Source: Candidatus Brocadiaceae bacterium (GTDB lineage Bacteria; Planctomycetota; Brocadiia; Brocadiales; Scalinduaceae). From it: DNA of 43,253 bases. Each line of letters starts with the position of its first letter. Position 1 is the first letter of the stretch. The DNA is taken from assembly GCA_919901575.1 (NCBI GenBank), contig CAKKPF010000009.1:1-43253 (forward strand). Direction: 5' to 3'. The notes under the pieces are model-generated. The model had not been told where the DNA came from. It made no database searches and saw nothing but the letters and a program-made list of their open reading frames with translations. Both the position numbers and the translations under genes were made by a program. Positions 38,315-43,253 of the stretch are shown here, in pieces.

Positions 38315-38686
38315 TTATACTCTTCCGTAATCGTCTTCCAGACGCATAATGTCATCCTCACCAAAATACTCACCCTGTTGTATCTCTATAAATGTCAAAT
38401 TTTCATTACCATTATTTGCCATACGGTGTGCCGATTCTTGAGGTATATCTATGGATTCCCCTTTCTCAAGATGGATCTCCTCGCCATCAATGGTCGCCAC
38501 GCCCTTTCCCTCAACTATCATCCAATGTTCTCTTCTCCTGAAGTGCTTCTGGTAGCTCAGCCTTTTTCCCGGTAATACCGTTATCCTCTTCACCTTATAA
38601 GCGGGTTCGTCCAACAACACCTCCCACATACCCCATGGAGGACTTGCCATTTTCTCATCTGGTACTGGTGTATTCATTTTCCCCAT
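38315..38686 (-). CDS. Cupin protein (type II mannose-6-phosphate isomerase C-terminal domain)
   Basis: PWG, KVKRI, LSYQKH..R.EHW, EIQQGEYFGEDDI.R..D.YGR. Confidence 0.9.
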   Translation of the reverse strand: MGKMNTPVPDEKMASPPWGMWEVLLDEPAYKVKRITVLPGKRLSYQKHFRRREHWMIVEGKGVATIDGEEIHLEKGESIDIPQESAHRMANNGNENLTFIEIQQGEYFGEDDIMRLEDDYGRV

Positions 38687-38729
38687 ACCCCAAAAAACAG
38701 TCTTTTCAATCCCTCAATTCCTTAGTATA

Positions 38730-40409
38730 TTACCATCTCGTGTACCGCTGAGCAATAGGCATCCTTCTGCCTGTCCCAAATGCCTTTGTGGTAACCTTGA
38801 GCCCCGGAGCCGCCTGTTTTCTCTTATACTCATTTTTATCAACCTTTCCGATAATGTCTCTAACAAGTAATTCGTCATAACCTAATGCTACTATATTATC
38901 AACATCCTTTGATTCCTCAACATAGGCCCTTAGCACACCATCCAGGACATCATATGGGGGCAATGAATCCTGATCCTTTTGATCCGGCCGCAATTCTGCT
39001 GATGGTGGTTTTTCGATAGTGTCAACGGGTATTACCTCTCTTCTTCTATTAATGTATTCAGCAAGTTTATAAACCATGGTCTTCGGTATATCTGATATAA
39101 CCGCCAATCCACCGCACATATCCCCGTATAAGGTGCAGTAACCGACTGCAAGTTCTGACTTGTTTCCAGTCGTTAACACAAGGTATCCATATTTATTTGA
39201 AAGGGCCATCAGGATTTCCCCCCTTATCCGTGCCTGCAGGTTTTCTTCTGTAACATCAAATGGAAGCCCTCCAAACACACCACTCAAGGTCTTTGTATAC
39301 GCATTGTAAACAGACTTTATAGGGATGTTTTCGAAACCGATTCCAAGTCTTTCGGCAAGTACCTTCGAATCCTCAACACTACCTTTGGATGAAAAGCTTG
39401 ACGGCATTGTAACTCCCAGCACTTTTCCTTTACCAAGCGCCCCGGCTGCAATTACGGCAGTAACGGCAGAATCTATTCCTCCACTCAGGCCAATCACGGC
39501 ATTTTTGAATCCACATTTATTTACATAGTCTCGTGTACCCAGGACTAAGGCCTTATAAACAGATTCAATCTCATCCTCACCAGCACTGGATTGAGTTCTC
39601 TTTCCAACAGTTCCTGGCTTACTGCCTCCTGCACATACATCTGAACCTCTGAATTCAACCATTAATAAATCTTCCTCAAAACTTAAGGCCGTATCTACAA
39701 CCACCCCTTCTTTATTGATCACCAGGCTGTTTCCATCAAATATCAAATCATCATTACCTCCAATTTGATTCACAAAGAGAATTGGCACATTGTATCTTTT
39801 TGCATGGTTTGTCAGCATCTTCAGCCTTACGCCCTGCTTGCCAATAGTAAAGGGTGAAGCTGAAATATTGATAATAATCTCCGCCCCCTGCCTTATCATA
39901 CTTTTAACAGGGGCCTTGTGATGAATCTTTCTCTGCCAAACCACATCTGCACCCCATATATCCTCACAAATAGAGATACCAAATTTTCTGCCGGATATCT
40001 TTGCTAAAGCAATACTATGAGTCGGTTCAAAGTATCTGTCCTCATCAAACACGTCATACGTAGGAAGTAGAGACTTATAATGCTTTGATATAATTCTTTT
40101 GTTGTGTATGTGTGCGGCGGCATTATATAACGGTTTACCACGCCTGGCCGCATTCCAGTCCACAAAACCCACAATAGCCGAAATACCCGTAACATTATTC
40201 CTTACCTCTTCCAACGCCTTTAGATTACTTTCTACAAATCCGGAAAGTTCCAGCAAGTCCTTTGGCGGATATCCCACAATGCTCATCTCCGGAAATACAA
40301 CCAGATCGGCCCCTTCCTTTTTAGCCGCATCTATGAACCTGCATATCTTCCTTGTATTCTGTTTAAAAGCTCCTACAGTCGGATTTATTTGAGCCAGGCA
40401 AATCTTCAT
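38730..40409 (-). CDS. nadE: Glutamine-dependent NAD+ synthetase
   Basis: Nitrilase domain (FPE, YK, ICED) plus SGGIDS, ENLQARIRG, TGNKSE, PPSAEL. Confidence 0.96.
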   Translation of the reverse strand: MKICLAQINPTVGAFKQNTRKICRFIDAAKKEGADLVVFPEMSIVGYPPKDLLELSGFVESNLKALEEVRNNVTGISAIVGFVDWNAARRGKPLYNAAAHIHNKRIISKHYKSLLPTYDVFDEDRYFEPTHSIALAKISGRKFGISICEDIWGADVVWQRKIHHKAPVKSMIRQGAEIIINISASPFTIGKQGVRLKMLTNHAKRYNVPILFVNQIGGNDDLIFDGNSLVINKEGVVVDTALSFEEDLLMVEFRGSDVCAGGSKPGTVGKRTQSSAGEDEIESVYKALVLGTRDYVNKCGFKNAVIGLSGGIDSAVTAVIAAGALGKGKVLGVTMPSSFSSKGSVEDSKVLAERLGIGFENIPIKSVYNAYTKTLSGVFGGLPFDVTEENLQARIRGEILMALSNKYGYLVLTTGNKSELAVGYCTLYGDMCGGLAVISDIPKTMVYKLAEYINRRREVIPVDTIEKPPSAELRPDQKDQDSLPPYDVLDGVLRAYVEESKDVDNIVALGYDELLVRDIIGKVDKNEYKRKQAAPGLKVTTKAFGTGRRMPIAQRYTRW

Positions 40410-40521
40410 AAATTAATCCCCATACATTTACACTTAATTAATAAACATTTAATAGTACATTTAGAGACAGAAATCAATAAAAACATCTCACCTTCCTGTT
40501 TCAAAAGAGATTTTACATTTT

Positions 40522-41895
40522 TCATATAACGCCTATACTTCTCTTTGTTTCATCCCTAACCTGTCTTAATCTTTTGCTGATCGTTACCGGATAAAATGCC
40601 TTGCAATCCAAATCCTTAAATTTATCCGGCAATTGAGAAATATTTTTCCCCGCTACCCTTTGTATTTGTTGAACGGTTGGTATCTTATATATGAGTTTGC
40701 CTTTTTTCATGACTGGTAATAATAGAACTTCGGCATCAAACACTTCATCTACCAGGCCAATTATATCCTTTTTAAACATTCCTTTATTATTAAGAAAGCG
40801 GTAAACCTGTTTCTTTGACGGACATGTTGACTTGTCTTTACTGAATTTCATTTTTGGTATGGACCTGCCTTCTTTTTCCTGCTCTACCAGTTTATAGATA
40901 CCTCCGAGTGCCGGAACGTCTTTCGAGGTAACCATCTCTGTCCCGACGCCAAATGAGTCAATACATGTACCTTTATCCAGCATTTGAGATATCTTGTACT
41001 CATTCAGATCGCCGCTTGCCGTAATCTTAACATGACCGAGACCTGCATCATCAAGAATCTTGCGCACCTTCTTACTCAAAGACATAATATTTCCGCTGTC
41101 CAGCCTGACACCTTTCAGTTTTCTTCCAATCTTTGTGGCCAACTTTGCACCCGTGATTGTATCGTATGTATCAATTAAGAGGATTGTGTTATCAGGGAAA
41201 ACCTTATGGAAATCTTTATATGATTCATATTCGTCATCATAGGCCATAACCCATGAATGGGCTACGGTTCCGATGGGAGGTATCCCCAGCTCACAGGCAG
41301 CGAGAACATTAGATGTCCCCGCACAACCCCCTATGAAGCATGCCCTTGCCGCCAGCACCCCCGCCTGCGGGCCGTGTGCGCGCCTTGTTCCGAAATCTAT
41401 TACATCCCTTCCCCGGGCAGCATGCACTACCCTTGACGCTTTGGAGGCAATAAGCGTCTGATAATTTATCATTGAAAGAAGATATGTCTCAACTATCTGC
41501 GCCTCAATCATTGGAGCAGTTACCCTTATAATGGGTTCATTTGCAAAAAAGACTGTGCCTTCAGGAATTGCATAAACATCTCCGATGAAACGAAAATTGC
41601 GGAGATAATTAAAAAATCCCCTGCTTACATTTTTGAAAACCGGAAGGTTCTTTAGATACTTCAAATACTCTTCCGTAAATCTCAGGTTCCTGAGATAGTG
41701 GATAGCCTGTTCCAGGCCCGCAGCAATGAGATATGAGCGTTTTTCAGGTAAGTTTCTGACAAATAATTCAAAAGTTGATTTATGGTTTTTCCTGCATTCA
41801 AAGTAACCTGCGATCATAGTTAACTGATAGAGGTCAGTGGCAAGGCACAAATTTGCATCATTTAAGAAAAGTGGTTTCGGTTGTTTTGAAGGCAT
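40522..41895 (-). CDS. pncB: Nicotinate phosphoribosyltransferase
   Basis: TDLYQLTM, DFGTRR, GTVAHS, LIDTYD, RLDSG, FGVGT. Confidence 0.95.
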   Translation of the reverse strand: MPSKQPKPLFLNDANLCLATDLYQLTMIAGYFECRKNHKSTFELFVRNLPEKRSYLIAAGLEQAIHYLRNLRFTEEYLKYLKNLPVFKNVSRGFFNYLRNFRFIGDVYAIPEGTVFFANEPIIRVTAPMIEAQIVETYLLSMINYQTLIASKASRVVHAARGRDVIDFGTRRAHGPQAGVLAARACFIGGCAGTSNVLAACELGIPPIGTVAHSWVMAYDDEYESYKDFHKVFPDNTILLIDTYDTITGAKLATKIGRKLKGVRLDSGNIMSLSKKVRKILDDAGLGHVKITASGDLNEYKISQMLDKGTCIDSFGVGTEMVTSKDVPALGGIYKLVEQEKEGRSIPKMKFSKDKSTCPSKKQVYRFLNNKGMFKKDIIGLVDEVFDAEVLLLPVMKKGKLIYKIPTVQQIQRVAGKNISQLPDKFKDLDCKAFYPVTISKRLRQVRDETKRSIGVI

Positions 41896-41959
41896 CTTCG
41901 TATCTTTTTGATTTTATAGACTGGAAATTTGACTATAGTAAAAGAAAAAGCAAGTTGAC

Positions 41960-42007
41960 AAATCCCCCTCTTTCCCCCTTTTCTAAAGGAGGAGTAAAGG
42001 GGGATTT
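41960..42007. repeat. CCCCCTTT-AAAGG palindromic repeat (related to 10990-11035)
   Basis: aaatccccctctttcccccttttctaaaggaggagtaaagggggattt. Confidence 0.65.
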
Positions 42008-42313
42008 ATTTAATTCATTTATTATATCAAGATTATAAGCTCACGATGAAATGAAGCAAGATTTTTAAAATCTTTTTTAATCTTGACACGTATATGTATA
42101 TAGTTTACTTTCTACTAAATCCATTTTTTTAACATGAAAATTTGTAAGTTCTCAATAACTTGTGGAAGTCAAACATTCATGCACATGACAAACCTTGCTT
42201 TCGCCCGCCTGAACTATATCGGGCAGGCAAGTAATCCAGTACTGGAACCCTCCTGAAGGAGGGAATATCGTTCAACCTTTTCAAATATTACACAAATTTC
42301 ATAAAACTCATAA

Positions 42314-42805
42314 ATGCTTAAATCAGAAGACTTTGCGCAGGAATTAATAAACAACGGCTACGATTTCTTCACAGGCGTTCCATGTACTATCATTGGTAAT
42401 CTGATTACGAATCTTACGGACAGGCCAGACGTTACATATATACCTGCTGTAAGGGAAGACGTTGCAGTCGGGGTAGCGAGCGGAGCATATATGGCGGGGA
42501 AGAAACCCGTAGTATTAATGCAAAACTCCGGACTGGGACAATGCCTGAACGCCCTTACTTCTCTAAACCTCATTTACAAACTTCCCTGCTTATTAATAGT
42601 CACGTGGCGAGGCTTCGAAGGCAAGGATGCGCCCGAACATCTGGTTATGGGCAGGATATGTGAGAAACTTCTTGATACGGTCGGCATTCCACACCACACC
42701 TTTAATCCTGACAATATCAAAGTTCTCATAAATATGTCGTATAAATTAATCACTGAGAATAAAGCGCCCCTGGCCCTTTTTCTCAAAAAAGGAATAATTG
42801 ATTGA
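42314..42805 (+). CDS. Phosphonopyruvate/sulfopyruvate decarboxylase, alpha (N-terminal) subunit
   Basis: GVPC, REDVAVGVASG, MQNSGLG, WRG...DAPEH. Confidence 0.85.
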   Translation: MLKSEDFAQELINNGYDFFTGVPCTIIGNLITNLTDRPDVTYIPAVREDVAVGVASGAYMAGKKPVVLMQNSGLGQCLNALTSLNLIYKLPCLLIVTWRGFEGKDAPEHLVMGRICEKLLDTVGIPHHTFNPDNIKVLINMSYKLITENKAPLALFLKKGIID

Positions 42806-42810
42806 ATTAA

Positions 42811-43253
42811 ATGAATTACAACGAAGCAATAACTACAATAACGGAATCACTAACAGATCAGTTGGTTGTCTGTGCCAACGGCTTGATAAGCAGAGAGACC
42901 TTCTCGATAAGAGACAGGACTGAAAACTTTTATATGATTGGGTCTATGGGACTGGCCTCATCAATCGGCCTTGGAGTGGCGTTAAACAAACCGTCGAGAA
43001 AAGTAATTATTCTGGATGGAGACGGGAATTTGCTGATGAATCTCGGTTCTTTACCGATGATTGGTTTTCTTCAGCCCAAAAATCTTTTGCATATTGTACT
43101 GGATAATGAAGTTTATGCATCAACAGGAAATCAACCAACTATTTCTAATGTAATTGAACTTGAAGAAATTGCAAAGTCAGCTAAATATGCTTATGTCAAA
43201 AAGGTAACTACTAATGAGGAGCTGAGAAGAGAGGTGGTACATACTCTGGAAAA
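42811..43253 (+). CDS. Phosphonopyruvate/sulfopyruvate decarboxylase, beta (TPP-binding) subunit, 3'-truncated by the window (not in the ORF track)
   Basis: Translated by hand: MNYNEAITT...NFYMIGSMGLASSIGLG...LDGDGNLLMNLG...LDNEVYASTGNQPT; open to the window end. Confidence 0.88.
   Translation, partial: MNYNEAITTITESLTDQLVVCANGLISRETFSIRDRTENFYMIGSMGLASSIGLGVALNKPSRKVIILDGDGNLLMNLGSLPMIGFLQPKNLLHIVLDNEVYASTGNQPTISNVIELEEIAKSAKYAYVKKVTTNEELRREVVHTLE

Noticed and set aside
42232-42263. Hairpins upstream of the decarboxylase as a TPP riboswitch
   Set aside because: The TPP aptamer motifs (CUGAGA, CUGAU) are absent; the region looks like degenerate REP sequence.

Overview
Low-GC (~40% by eye) bacterial chromosomal window. 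Gene content (tandem-domain NDK, GyrA with a Q83/P87 QRDR, PEP-CTERM protein, CooT, Nqr/Rnf-like cluster) suggests an anaerobic planctomycete such as an anammox bacterium (Ca. Scalindua/Brocadiae-like); this is inference only. Much of it is housekeeping: dnaE, gyrA, aconitase, fabI, radC, tatA, polyprenyl synthase, bioAD, nadE, pncB. Five things stand out. (1) A co-oriented trxA-ccdA-desulforedoxin-IscS-like cluster, in which the 39-aa desulforedoxin is missing from the ORF track and the IscS-like protein lacks the PLP Schiff-base lysine. (2) A five-gene Rnf/Na+-NQR hybrid operon: an RnfC/NqrA intermediate keeping two 4Fe-4S motifs, an NqrD-E fusion with an extra TM helix, and an NqrF with a C-terminal extension. 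(3) A DUF104-PIN toxin-antitoxin pair split at an A-AAA-AAC slippery site. (4) A PEP-CTERM gene behind a sigma54 promoter, with a ~630-nt structured leader containing a terminator. (5) A Y1/RAYT-like transposase flanked by inverted triple hairpins, plus many intergenic REP/MITE-like palindromes, several nested inside each other. No rRNA, tRNA or CRISPR array was recognised.
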